51,445 nt of DNA from NCBI GenBank assembly GCA_964410015.1, contig CAYPFV010000003.1, positions 1 to 51,445 of the forward strand, in the 5' to 3' direction. This DNA is from an uncultured Bacteroidales bacterium (GTDB lineage: Bacteria > Bacteroidota > Bacteroidia > Bacteroidales > UBA7960). Position numbers and translations under genes: made by a program. A model generated the notes under the pieces. That model saw nothing but the letters and a program-made list of their open reading frames with translations. It was not told the DNA's origin and searched no databases. Below are positions 1 through 8,777 of this stretch, in pieces (positions within the stretch are counted from its first letter, which is position 1; every line of letters begins with the position of its first letter).

Positions 1-52
1 GACTGTTGGCGAGCTCCATCTGACCGAATTAATCAAATTATAAACAGATGAA
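1..52 (+). repeat. Modular dispersed repeat copy (hairpin module ending in 18-bp core), truncated by window start
   Basis: GACTGTTGGCGAGCTCCATCTGACCGAATTAATCAAATTATAAACAGATGAA closely matches 37983-38034 and 21093-21131; CATCTG...CAGATG stem. Confidence 0.9.
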
Positions 53-608
53 AAATTATTTATTTGCACTTCTTATCTCTTCACTGGTTTGCCCAATATT
101 TGCACAAACCGTTGAAAATACAAATGTTTACCCCTCCAACCTCGAAGAAAACATGTACTTTGAGGAATTCGATGCCGAGACAAATGTTATTCATGGATTA
201 AACTTTATGGTATTATCTGATGGTAATGATTCTCAGTATATTACACCTGGTTTTGAGGTGAGTCTGTATTTACTGCCCGAAGGCAGTTCGAGTGCAGATG
301 ATCTTATTATTGTAAAAAAATATCCTCTCGACGGTATTTATCATTTTGGAAGTCATGAATTTGAGAACGAAACGGTAAATCTTGAGGAAGTTGCTGGTAT
401 TTCGCCGGGTAATTACCGGTTGGGTGTATGGGTTAATTCTGCTTCCGACTTTGCGGAAGATGAAAATGACAACGCAACACTGTTCCGCCAGGGCGTTACT
501 ATTACCAAAGCCACCTCAGGAGTCTCATCTGAATCTTCCAAATCTACATGGGATGATGACGATGATGATGACTGGGATTATGATGACTGGGACGATGATG
601 ATTGGTAA
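48..608 (+). CDS. Secreted hypothetical protein with acidic Asp/Trp C-terminal tail
   Basis: 186-aa ORF; signal-peptide-like N-terminus (MKNYLFALLISSLVCPIFA-Q); ends WDDDDDDDWDYDDWDDDDW. Confidence 0.75.
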   Translation: MKNYLFALLISSLVCPIFAQTVENTNVYPSNLEENMYFEEFDAETNVIHGLNFMVLSDGNDSQYITPGFEVSLYLLPEGSSSADDLIIVKKYPLDGIYHFGSHEFENETVNLEEVAGISPGNYRLGVWVNSASDFAEDENDNATLFRQGVTITKATSGVSSESSKSTWDDDDDDDWDYDDWDDDDW

Positions 609-644
609 AAAACAATCAAACAATTTTATTATTCGTAAGTTTAG

Positions 645-685
645 AGACTGAGCGAAACAGAATGAAATGTTTCTCTCAGTCTTTC
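645..685 (+). terminator. Stem-loop, probable intrinsic terminator or leader hairpin
   Basis: AGACTGAGCGAAACA...TGTTTCTCTCAGTCT followed by a short T-rich stretch. Confidence 0.5.
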
Positions 686-723
686 TTAATCAATTTTATT
701 TTTTCACTTAAAAACCGAACAGG

Positions 724-2775
724 ATGAGAACACAACAAACAATCAGTAACGTACTCACTTTTAAACGCTGGAAACGGACTTCATATGCTGTTTTCAGCAG
801 TTTGAAAAAAGTAGTACGTATTGGTGTGTTATCGGTTGGTTGCAGCATCCTCGTATTGCCGGTTTTTGCCCGCGAAAGTAATACCCGTATTCCTGAAACC
901 ACCAACTCCGATACACTCGATCTGGAAGAGGTGGTGGTAAGTGCACAACTCACCCCCATGCTTCAATCGGAGTTGATGAGGATTGTGCAGGTAATTTCGC
1001 GTCCCGAAATTGAGAAAGCACCCGTTCATGATCTGGCCAGTTTGCTGGGAAATGTGCGTGGTGTTGACATCAGAACCCGCGGACAATGGGGCATGCAGGC
1101 CGATATAAGCATACGTGGAGGTTCTTTCGACCAAACGTTAATACTCCTCAATGGTATCAACATTACCGATCCCCAAACCGGGCATCACAATCTTAACCTG
1201 CCAGTAGATCTGCAATCTGTTGAGCGTATAGAAGTACTGCAAGGGGCGGGTGCCCGTATTTTCGGACCCAATGCCTTTAACGGAGCGGTGAATATTATAA
1301 CCCGTCAGTCGGGAACTTCTGGTGGTTCCCTCTCATTGGTTGCCGGTGAATATGGTCTTATTGCACCTTCTGCCTCCGGCGCATTCAAAACAAGGCAGGC
1401 GGGTCATTTTTTATCCGCATCCGGGAAGATTAGCAATGGGTCTTTTGAAAATTCTGATTTTCAGACCGGGAATATTTTTTACCGGTTCAATTATCCGGTC
1501 AGCGATTTCTCACTTGATATGCAAGCAGGGTTTAATCAAAAAGCTTTTGGTGCCAATAGTTTCTACACCCCTGAATATCCTGAGCAATTTGAAGAAACCC
1601 AAACATTTTTTACATCTCTGCAATTAAAACCTGAAGGAAAGATCAACTTCAATCCCAAAGTATATTGGCGAAGACATACTGACAGGTTCGAGCTCTTCAG
1701 ATACGAATCACCAGAATGGTATAGCGGACATAATTATCATCTTACAAATATTGCTGGTGCCTCCGCCGATTACAGTTTTTCTACCGGTGCGGGGGAAACG
1801 GCATTGGGTTTTGATTACAGATATGAGCACATCTTAAGTAATGTTTTAGGACATGAACTTGAAGAACCTCTATTGGTTAAATCAGGTACTGATAATTTTT
1901 ACACACATTCCTACAACCGTTCGGGAATTGGTGTGATGATAGAACACAGTATAACTGGCGAAAAATTTTCTCTGTCAGGCGGATCACTGATTTATAGCAA
2001 TACCGATCTTGAAGAGCCGGTTACTTTGTTTCCGGGCATTGATTTTGCCTGGAATATTGCTCCCCGCTACAGGTGGTTTGCTTCTCTGAATCGTACTTTA
2101 AGACTTCCTACGTTTACTGATCTGTTTTATTCTGGTCCCACCAACCAGGGTAATGAAATGTTACTTCCTGAAAAGGCAATTTCTTTAGAAACCGGTTACA
2201 TCAGTCAATTCGAGGGTTTTGGTTTTGATGTTGCAGTATTTCACCGGTGGGGTATAGATTTAATTGATTGGGTGAAAAGTCCTGGAGATGAGCGATGGAA
2301 AAGTATGAATCATACAAAGGTAAATATTGCAGGATTGGAAACTGGTATCCGCTTTCAACCCTTGTCCTTTGCTCCTTACTTCACACCCCGGATAGAATAT
2401 ACTTACATCTACGCCGATAAAAACAGCGACCAACTGGTTTCTAATTATGTACTTGATCATTTAAAGCATAAGTTAGATGTTGGATTAAACATTGATATTA
2501 CCCCTTCAATGCAGGTAAACGTTATCGCATCCTATCGCCAGAGGGAAGGAGGTTATATGCTTTATGAAGATGGAGTTTTTACTTCCACTACCGGTTTTCA
2601 ACCCTACTGGTTGATCAACGCCCGTGCTGCTTATGGTTTTGATAAATGGAATATTTTTGCGGATGTTTCCAATATGCTGAATACCACAAGAGTTTCAATT
2701 GCTAACGTTCCACAGCCGGGGCGATGGTTCACTTTCGGCATAAGTTATCAGTTTTCTTCAAATATTTCTTCCTGA
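724..2775 (+). CDS. TonB-dependent outer-membrane receptor (BtuB/CirA-like)
   Basis: TonB-box-like LEEVVVSA, plug motifs SIRGG and ERIEVLQG...FGPNAFNGAVNIIT, C-terminal PGRWFTFGISYQF beta strand. Confidence 0.9.
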   Translation: MRTQQTISNVLTFKRWKRTSYAVFSSLKKVVRIGVLSVGCSILVLPVFARESNTRIPETTNSDTLDLEEVVVSAQLTPMLQSELMRIVQVISRPEIEKAPVHDLASLLGNVRGVDIRTRGQWGMQADISIRGGSFDQTLILLNGINITDPQTGHHNLNLPVDLQSVERIEVLQGAGARIFGPNAFNGAVNIITRQSGTSGGSLSLVAGEYGLIAPSASGAFKTRQAGHFLSASGKISNGSFENSDFQTGNIFYRFNYPVSDFSLDMQAGFNQKAFGANSFYTPEYPEQFEETQTFFTSLQLKPEGKINFNPKVYWRRHTDRFELFRYESPEWYSGHNYHLTNIAGASADYSFSTGAGETALGFDYRYEHILSNVLGHELEEPLLVKSGTDNFYTHSYNRSGIGVMIEHSITGEKFSLSGGSLIYSNTDLEEPVTLFPGIDFAWNIAPRYRWFASLNRTLRLPTFTDLFYSGPTNQGNEMLLPEKAISLETGYISQFEGFGFDVAVFHRWGIDLIDWVKSPGDERWKSMNHTKVNIAGLETGIRFQPLSFAPYFTPRIEYTYIYADKNSDQLVSNYVLDHLKHKLDVGLNIDITPSMQVNVIASYRQREGGYMLYEDGVFTSTTGFQPYWLINARAAYGFDKWNIFADVSNMLNTTRVSIANVPQPGRWFTFGISYQFSSNISS

Positions 2776-3518
2776 TATTCAGCACCTAAAAAATAAAGTC
2801 CATAGCCGGGTACTGAGTACCCGGCGTTTTTTCTATCCTTGCTTACAATAATATCTTTGAATTCTTCAAGACTTATTTTTTCTGCACCTACATCTGTTAG
2901 GGTGCCCACAATAGCACGGATCATGTTTCTCAAAAACCGGTTTGAACTAATTTTGTAAACCCAAAGATGCCCTCTTTTTTCCCATCCCGATTGGGTTATG
3001 GTACATAAATAATTGTTAACCTGTGTATTGCTTTTCGAGAAACTTTCAAAATCGGAGTATTCCATCAGGATTTGAGATGCTTGCTGCATACTTTCAAAGT
3101 TGAGAGGCCATTCCACCTGCCAGGCTCTTTTAATCAGGAAAGGGTCTTTACGTCTGCAAATACAATACTCATAACTCCTCTTTATAGCGCTAAAGCGGGC
3201 ATGGGCATCACTTTTCACCCTCACAATTTTTTCTATAGATATATCCGGTGGCAATATCCGGTTTAATTTAAAGCAAAGTTGTGCTTTTTCCTCCCCCGAT
3301 AGCAGGGAACTATAATCAAAATGTGCTGTATATTTCCTTGCATGCACTTCGGTATCGGTGCGTCCGGTTCCGGTAACTTCCGTGGGGGTTTTTAAAAGTA
3401 TCGACAGGGATTCTTCCAGTTTCTGTTGTACAGTAAGGGTTCCGGGTTGTTTTTGCCATCCTTTAAAATTTATACCCAAATAACTCAGATAAATAAAATA
3501 CCGGTAAGATTTTTTCAT
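2748..3518 (-). CDS. truA: tRNA pseudouridine(38-40) synthase
   Basis: YLGINFKGWQKQ, catalytic GRTD, HARFSA, RFLRNMIRAIVG motifs. Confidence 0.95.
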   Translation of the reverse strand: MKKSYRYFIYLSYLGINFKGWQKQPGTLTVQQKLEESLSILLKTPTEVTGTGRTDTEVHARKYTAHFDYSSLLSGEEKAQLCFKLNRILPPDISIEKIVRVKSDAHARFSAIKRSYEYCICRRKDPFLIKRAWQVEWPLNFESMQQASQILMEYSDFESFSKSNTQVNNYLCTITQSGWEKRGHLWVYKISSNRFLRNMIRAIVGTLTDVGAEKISLEEFKDIIVSKDRKNAGYSVPGYGLYFLGAEYQEEIFEEN

Positions 3519-3768
3519 GATAAAATAATTGTACCGTAAAGATAAAAGGTAGATGCAAACGTAAGGTAATTTTCTGTTTTACTTTCCTTTTGTAATGTGG
3601 AAAAATTATTCTTTTAAAAGTTTTGTTTCTTTATTTTATTTGATGTTAAAATTCACCATATCAGCGATTAACCAGTCTATTTCAGAAAAAATTATTTATA
3701 ATCTTTATAAATAACTACTAATTACCAAAATAAATAAAGAAAAAAGTCTCTAATTAAAAAACACTTCT

Positions 3769-3776
3769 TATATTTG
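3769..3776 (+). promoter_or_regulatory. Bacteroidetes sigma-70 -7 element upstream of hydrogenase operon 1
   Basis: TATATTTG matches TAnnTTTG, about 85 bp upstream of the ATG at 3861. Confidence 0.45.
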
Positions 3777-3860
3777 GTGCTGAAAACAAAAAAAGAAAGT
3801 AAAAAAATAAAAAAGCAAGGTAAGGTATAATCTAAATTTTTAACAGAAAGGGACTATTCT

Positions 3861-4328
3861 ATGACAAAAATCGAAGAATTTGTGAAACAACAGGCAGAAG
3901 TACACGGAAAAAAGCGTGAAAACCTTATGCCTATTCTTCAGGCAGTTATCAAAGAGCACCATTATCTGTCTGAAGATGCCATGGTAGCCATTGCTGCTGA
4001 GTTAGATATCAGTACAGCGGATGTGTATGGAACTGCTTCATTTTATACTTTTATGGATACTGTTCCACGCGGAAAGAACATCATTAGGGTTTGTAAAACC
4101 ATAACCTGCCATATGAAAGGGAAAGATGCAGTTATAGAAGCATTGCAAGACACATTGAAGATAAAAATCGGCGAAACTACATCAGACGGTCAGTTCAGCT
4201 TGTTGCAGGCCAATTGCCTGGGTTGGTGTCATAAAGGTCCTGTAATGCTTATCAACGATGAGGTTTATCCGGAGGTAAACCCTAAGTCTGCTGTTGAGAT
4301 TATTCAGAAGTATCTGAAAGAACAATAA
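3861..4328 (+). CDS. hydC: NuoE-like [2Fe-2S] subunit (HydC) of [FeFe]-hydrogenase 1
   Basis: CKTITC and CLGWC thioredoxin-like 2Fe-2S motifs; first gene of the operon. Confidence 0.88.
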   Translation: MTKIEEFVKQQAEVHGKKRENLMPILQAVIKEHHYLSEDAMVAIAAELDISTADVYGTASFYTFMDTVPRGKNIIRVCKTITCHMKGKDAVIEALQDTLKIKIGETTSDGQFSLLQANCLGWCHKGPVMLINDEVYPEVNPKSAVEIIQKYLKEQ

Positions 4329-4360
4329 ACCGAATACTTATTCCTAAAAAGAACAATAAA

Positions 4361-5521
4361 ATGATGGAAAATAAAATAAAAAAAGTTGATCTGATATTTG
4401 AAAAGGTTGATTATCTCGATATTTTAAAAAAGTCTTTTGCCCGTTCGCAGGATGATATCATTCTTGATGTTATTGATTCGGGCCTGCGTGGCAGAGGTGG
4501 AGCAGGTTTTCCCACCGGATTGAAATGGAAGTTTGCCAAAAATGAGGAAGCAGAACAAAAGTATGTGATTTGTAATGCTGATGAGGGAGAGCCTGGCACT
4601 TTTAAAGACCGTGAAATACTAACAGAAGCACCCGAAAAAGTACTGGCGGGTATGGCACTTTGTGGCAAAGCTACCGGCGCCAATGAAGGTTTTATATACC
4701 TCAGGGGCGAATACAATTTTCTCTTGCCCCAATTACATAAGATTATTGAGCAGTTTCATAAAGATATGCGAAAATTGAATTTCGATTTTACCATCCGTAT
4801 CAATTCAGGTAGTGGCGCATACGTTTGCGGCGAGGAAACTGCACTTATGGAATCTATGGAAGGAAAGAGGGGAGAGCCACGCAACAAGCCACCATTTCCT
4901 ACTTCTGCCGGTTATCTGGGTAAGCCTACGAGTATCAACAATGTTGAGACCCTTGTTTTTGCCCTGATGATTGCTAAAGAAGGTCCGCAGAAATTTAAGG
5001 AAATGGGTACCTTCGACTCCAGAGGTTCCAAGGTTTTCTCCGTGTCGGGCGATACACCCAAAGCAGGTATCTATGAACTAGAACTGGGTATGAGTTTGGA
5101 GGATTTTGTCAACGAATTTGGCGATGGTGATACCAAAGCCGTGCAAATTGGAGGTGCATCGGGTTTTTGCGTGGCAAGAAAACATTTTAAAGAAACTGTA
5201 ATTGGTTTTGAGGGAATTCCTACCGGAGGGTCTATGATGCTTTTTAACAGTACGCGTTCTATGTTTAATATTCTGAACGATTACCTCGAGTTTTTCGAAG
5301 AAGAATCCTGTGGGCAATGCACCCCTTGCCGGGTAGGTTGTCAGCAATTGCTCAAAGGAATAGAAGCCGTTAAAAAAGGCATCAAACCACCTGTTTATCT
5401 GGAAGATTTGCAAAAACTTTCTGAAACAATGAAAATTGCTTCTAAATGTGGCTTGGGGCAATCAGTTCCCAATCCTTTCAACTCTATTATCAACAATTTC
5501 AGAGAAGAGATTATTTATTAG
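4361..5521 (+). CDS. hydB: Short NuoF/HoxF-like FMN/NADH-binding subunit (HydB) of hydrogenase 1
   Basis: LRGRGGAGFPTG, NADEGEPGTFKDR, GAYVCGEETAL, single CGQCTPC...C cluster; no N-terminal 2Fe-2S or C-terminal 2x4Fe-4S domain. Confidence 0.9.
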   Translation: MMENKIKKVDLIFEKVDYLDILKKSFARSQDDIILDVIDSGLRGRGGAGFPTGLKWKFAKNEEAEQKYVICNADEGEPGTFKDREILTEAPEKVLAGMALCGKATGANEGFIYLRGEYNFLLPQLHKIIEQFHKDMRKLNFDFTIRINSGSGAYVCGEETALMESMEGKRGEPRNKPPFPTSAGYLGKPTSINNVETLVFALMIAKEGPQKFKEMGTFDSRGSKVFSVSGDTPKAGIYELELGMSLEDFVNEFGDGDTKAVQIGGASGFCVARKHFKETVIGFEGIPTGGSMMLFNSTRSMFNILNDYLEFFEEESCGQCTPCRVGCQQLLKGIEAVKKGIKPPVYLEDLQKLSETMKIASKCGLGQSVPNPFNSIINNFREEIIY

Positions 5522-5641
5522 AGAAGGTCTTTATAAAACAAGAATGTCTTGTTTAGAAAATTGCCTTCAAAACATGAAACAGATTCTCCATAACCTGAAA
5601 ATCCGATAAAGAACAGATTAAAAAACTTAAAAATCAAAAAA

Positions 5642-7423
5642 ATGAGTACATATAAGGTAAATCTAAAGATCAACAATTTGCCCGTTTCCGTTGAAGAGGG
5701 CACCACCATACTGGAGGCAGCGCGAAAACTCAATTTTAAAGTACCTACTTTGTGTCATCACGATGATTTGTGTGTTGCCGGAAACTGTCGTGTATGTGTG
5801 GTAGAGCAGGAGGGCAACAGGGTATTGCCAGCAGCGTGTGCCACGCCGGTTTCTGAAGGTATGGTAATTCATACCAATAGCATGAAAGTGCGCCAGGCAC
5901 GTAAGCATATAATTGAATTGCTGCTTTCAGAACACAATTCTGAATGCACCATATGCTATAAAAACGGAAATTGCGAGTTACAGGAACTTTCCAATGAATA
6001 TCGTACAGGCAACCGGATGTTTTTGGATGTAATGCATAAGTCACCCATTGATATTTCCTCACCATCCATTGAAAAGGACGATTCAAAATGCATTCGTTGT
6101 CAGCGCTGTGTACGCACCTGTTCTCAGTTGCAGGCAGTAAGTGCACTTACAGTAGCCAACAAAGGAAAAGATATGAAAATATCAACCTTTCTTGAAAAAC
6201 CCATGCACGAAGTGGTTTGCACCAACTGTGGGCAATGCATCAATCGCTGCCCCACCGCTTCATTGGTAGAGCGTAACTATATCGACCAGGTTTTTGATGC
6301 CATCTACGATCCCAATAAATTTGTGGTGGTGCAAACTGCACCTGCCACCAGGGTTGCTATCGGAGAGGAATTTGGACTGGGTCCGGTTCGAAGTACAGGA
6401 AAAATGGTTTCCGCCCTGCGCCGCCTAGGTTTCGACAAGGTGTTGGATACCGATTTTACTGCCGACCTTACCATTATGGAAGAAGGCACCGAATTGCTTA
6501 CCCGGTTAAAAGAAGCATTGGTTGAAGGAAAAGATGTGGCATTACCCATGATGACCAGTTGCTCGCCTGGATGGATCAAATTTCAGGAACATCTTTTCCC
6601 TGATATGCTTGATAATTTATCAACCTGCAAATCACCTCAGCAGATGTTTGGTCCTTTGGCCAAAACATATTATGCCGAAAAGATCAATAAAAACCCTGCT
6701 GAGATGGTAGTAGTGTCTATCATGCCCTGCACCGCTAAAAAATACGAAGCCGACCGTCCTGAAATGCGAGGCAGTGGATACAAAGATGTAGATTATGTGC
6801 TTACCACACGTGAGTTAGGTATGATGATCAAACAGGCAGGGATTGATTTCGACAAACTGGAGGATGAGAACTACGATAGCATTTTGGGCGAATCTTCCGG
6901 TGCAGCCGTTATTTTTGGCGCTACCGGTGGGGTAATGGAAGCGGCATTGCGCACCGCTTATGAGATCGTAACAGGTCGTGAGGTTCCTTTTTCCAATTTG
7001 AACATTAAGCCCGTTAGAGGCATGGAAGGGATTAAAGAGGCTTCTGTGAAAATAAAAGATGTGAAACCCGAATGGAGTTTCCTCGAAGGTGTTGAGTTGA
7101 ATGTTGCCATAGCGCATGGTTTGGCCAATGCCAAAACCCTTATGAATAAAATAAAAGATGGTAGTGCTAACTATCATTTCATCGAGATCATGGCTTGTCC
7201 GAGCGGGTGCATCGGTGGTGGTGGTCAGCCCATACCCACAAATATGGAGATCAGAAAAAAACGCGCTTCTGCTATTTATGAGGAAGATGAAAAGAAAGCA
7301 GTGCGGAAATCTCATGAAAACCCTGAAGTTGTTGAAGTGTACAGATCATTTCTGCATAAACCTCTTGGGCACAGGTCTCATGATTTGCTGCATACGCACT
7401 ATTCTGCGAAAAAAAGATATTAA
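5642..7423 (+). CDS. hydA: [FeFe]-hydrogenase catalytic subunit, group A (hydrogenase 1)
   Basis: H-cluster motifs TSCSPGW, MPCTAKKYE, EIMACPSGCIGGGGQP; N-terminal 2Fe-2S, His-ligated 4Fe-4S and 2x4Fe-4S motifs; C-terminal LLHTHY. Confidence 0.95.
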   Translation: MSTYKVNLKINNLPVSVEEGTTILEAARKLNFKVPTLCHHDDLCVAGNCRVCVVEQEGNRVLPAACATPVSEGMVIHTNSMKVRQARKHIIELLLSEHNSECTICYKNGNCELQELSNEYRTGNRMFLDVMHKSPIDISSPSIEKDDSKCIRCQRCVRTCSQLQAVSALTVANKGKDMKISTFLEKPMHEVVCTNCGQCINRCPTASLVERNYIDQVFDAIYDPNKFVVVQTAPATRVAIGEEFGLGPVRSTGKMVSALRRLGFDKVLDTDFTADLTIMEEGTELLTRLKEALVEGKDVALPMMTSCSPGWIKFQEHLFPDMLDNLSTCKSPQQMFGPLAKTYYAEKINKNPAEMVVVSIMPCTAKKYEADRPEMRGSGYKDVDYVLTTRELGMMIKQAGIDFDKLEDENYDSILGESSGAAVIFGATGGVMEAALRTAYEIVTGREVPFSNLNIKPVRGMEGIKEASVKIKDVKPEWSFLEGVELNVAIAHGLANAKTLMNKIKDGSANYHFIEIMACPSGCIGGGGQPIPTNMEIRKKRASAIYEEDEKKAVRKSHENPEVVEVYRSFLHKPLGHRSHDLLHTHYSAKKRY

Positions 7424-7483
7424 TACCATTGAAATCCGGTGGTAATTTTTCAATATATGCTACCAGTCACAAATAACAAACTC

Positions 7484-7523
7484 ACCGGAGCAGCTTATTT
7501 CTTAATCTGCTCCGGTATTTTTT
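7484..7523 (+). terminator. Intrinsic terminator of hydrogenase operon 1
   Basis: ACCGGAGCAG...CTGCTCCGGT stem followed by ATTTTTT. Confidence 0.75.
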
Positions 7524-7529
7524 GCTAAA

Positions 7530-7636
7530 TAGTGCTTGCCAGAAAACACTTATTTTTTGTCTTTGATAAGAAATCGCCAAAGACAAGGCTCTGTAAGTTT
7601 ATGAATATAAGGAGATTGCATTTCGTAAATGACTCA
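7530..7636 (+). repeat. About 105-bp repeat module abutting the 18-bp core, homologous to 51052-51161
   Basis: Shared blocks TAGTG, TGTCTTTGATAA, AAATCG.CAAAG.CAAGGCT, TAAGGAG, GTAAATGACT in the same order, both followed by TTCATCTGTTTATAATTT. Confidence 0.8.
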
Positions 7637-7891
7637 TTCATCTGTTTATAATTTTATTAAATAGGTCAGATGGAGCTCGCCAAAACTCCGGTTTTGTATT
7701 TTTGTCCATGCTACGAATTATAATCATCCGTGTGTGTGTCAATATTATTGTCATGGCTCGGTTCATCTGTTTATAATTTTATTAAATAGGTCAGATGGAG
7801 CTCGCCAAAACTCCGGTTTTGTGTATTTTAACCGTGCTACGAAATCTAATCATCCGTGTAAGTGTCAATAATATTGTCATGGCACGGTTCA
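7637..7891 (-). repeat. Two tandem 125/126-bp units of the modular dispersed repeat
   Basis: TTCATCTGTTTATAATTTTATTAAATAGGTCAGATGGAGCTCGCCAAAACTCCGGTTTTGT identical at 7637 and 7762; second halves diverged; reverse complement matches 21006-21131. Confidence 0.92.
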
Positions 7892-7959
7892 AAAATGAGA
7901 ATAATGCAGTATTTGGCATTTTCCTGCAAAGGCTAAATAAATCTTTGTTTTACATTGAT

Positions 7960-8090
7960 GAGTCCACTCCGAAAACAAGTTTTCGGGAAATCTGTGTTCA
8001 TTTTTCGTTTTTAAAACCACTGATAATCAATATTTAGCATCTGTGAAAATCTGTGTAATCTGTGGATAATTAACTTTTCAGAGTTGACCC
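7960..8090. mobile_element. 131-bp MITE, copy 1
   Basis: Imperfect terminal inverted repeats GAGTCCACTCCGAAAA / TTTTCAGAGTTGACCC; flanked by direct repeat ATTGAT (7954-7959, 8091-8096); inverted homolog at 13760-13890. Confidence 0.85.
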
Positions 8091-8134
8091 ATTGATTTAT
8101 TTTTAATTCTATGTGTCCATCAGTATTCAAACCA

Positions 8135-8186
8135 ATAAACAGAGGTTTGAAAATAATATTGACACACAAGCGGGGGATTTTAATTT
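8135..8186 (+). repeat. Degenerate copy of the modular repeat
   Basis: ATAAACAGA...AATAATATTGACACACAAGCGGGGGATTTTAATTT resembles core plus ACAATAATATTGACACACACACGGATGATTATAATT with an internal deletion. Confidence 0.45.
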
Positions 8187-8615
8187 ATCATACTGGTTAT
8201 AATAACACAGCCAATATTTTTGGCGAAGTTATTTAGGTATAAAACGAGAACCGGTCTGAGTAACGCATAAAAATATGAATGTACAAGGCGTTTTTTATTG
8301 ACGCGTCATAAATTATGATGATAGCATGGTTGATTATTTTTATCCGGTAAAACTATAAAATGATATTAATGCAAGGATTAAAAAAAAAGTGAACAGGGAT
8401 GCCAATAGATCAATTGGTTTTATTTGTACTGATGAAGATGTTTGTGGTTGTCAAATAAAGAAAAATTTATTTTTTTTGTCATGTAATTTTATTTTTAGGC
8501 GGCGAAATAAATCTTTTGTTTGTAATTTTATGTAAACTTTTATTAGATTCCATATGTTTAAAGTGTTACAAATCATTTAAATAATTGCGGAAAAAACAAA
8601 GTAATCAAACGAATG

Positions 8616-8633
8616 TTGTTAAAAAAATAACAA
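8616..8633. promoter_or_regulatory. Putative Rex operator upstream of rex
   Basis: TTGTTAAAAAAATAACAA within the palindrome ATGTTGTTA-N6-TAACAACAT; resembles TTGTGAA-N4-TTCACAA; TAATTTTG elements at 8646 and 8672. Confidence 0.65.
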
Positions 8634-8777
8634 CATATACAATTTTAATTTTGTTATATTGTTATAATGATTAATTTTGCAATAAAGAAAAAAATACATA
8701 ATAAGGATTATTTTGTTTCCTCAAAATACAATGAATAGAATGAGGAAAGAATCTAGTCAAAAAAAATATTGATTAAG

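Noticed and set aside
1-52. Integron attC site (GTTGGCG / GTTAGCG near a gene start)
   Set aside because: No matching RYYYAAC inverse core or attC-type pairing at the 37981 copy, and no integrase in the window
609-723. Cobalamin or TPP riboswitch upstream of the TonB receptor
   Set aside because: Gap is too short and lacks recognisable conserved riboswitch motifs; only one hairpin
3861-5521. Respiratory complex I nuoE/nuoF annotation
   Set aside because: No membrane or quinone-module nuo genes; followed by an H-cluster subunit, so these are hydrogenase subunits
7795-8037. 80-aa ORF MELAKTPVL...
   Set aside because: Runs through the tandem repeat unit and into the MITE; the same start occurs in the first unit in a frame that does not give a comparable ORF; likely spurious
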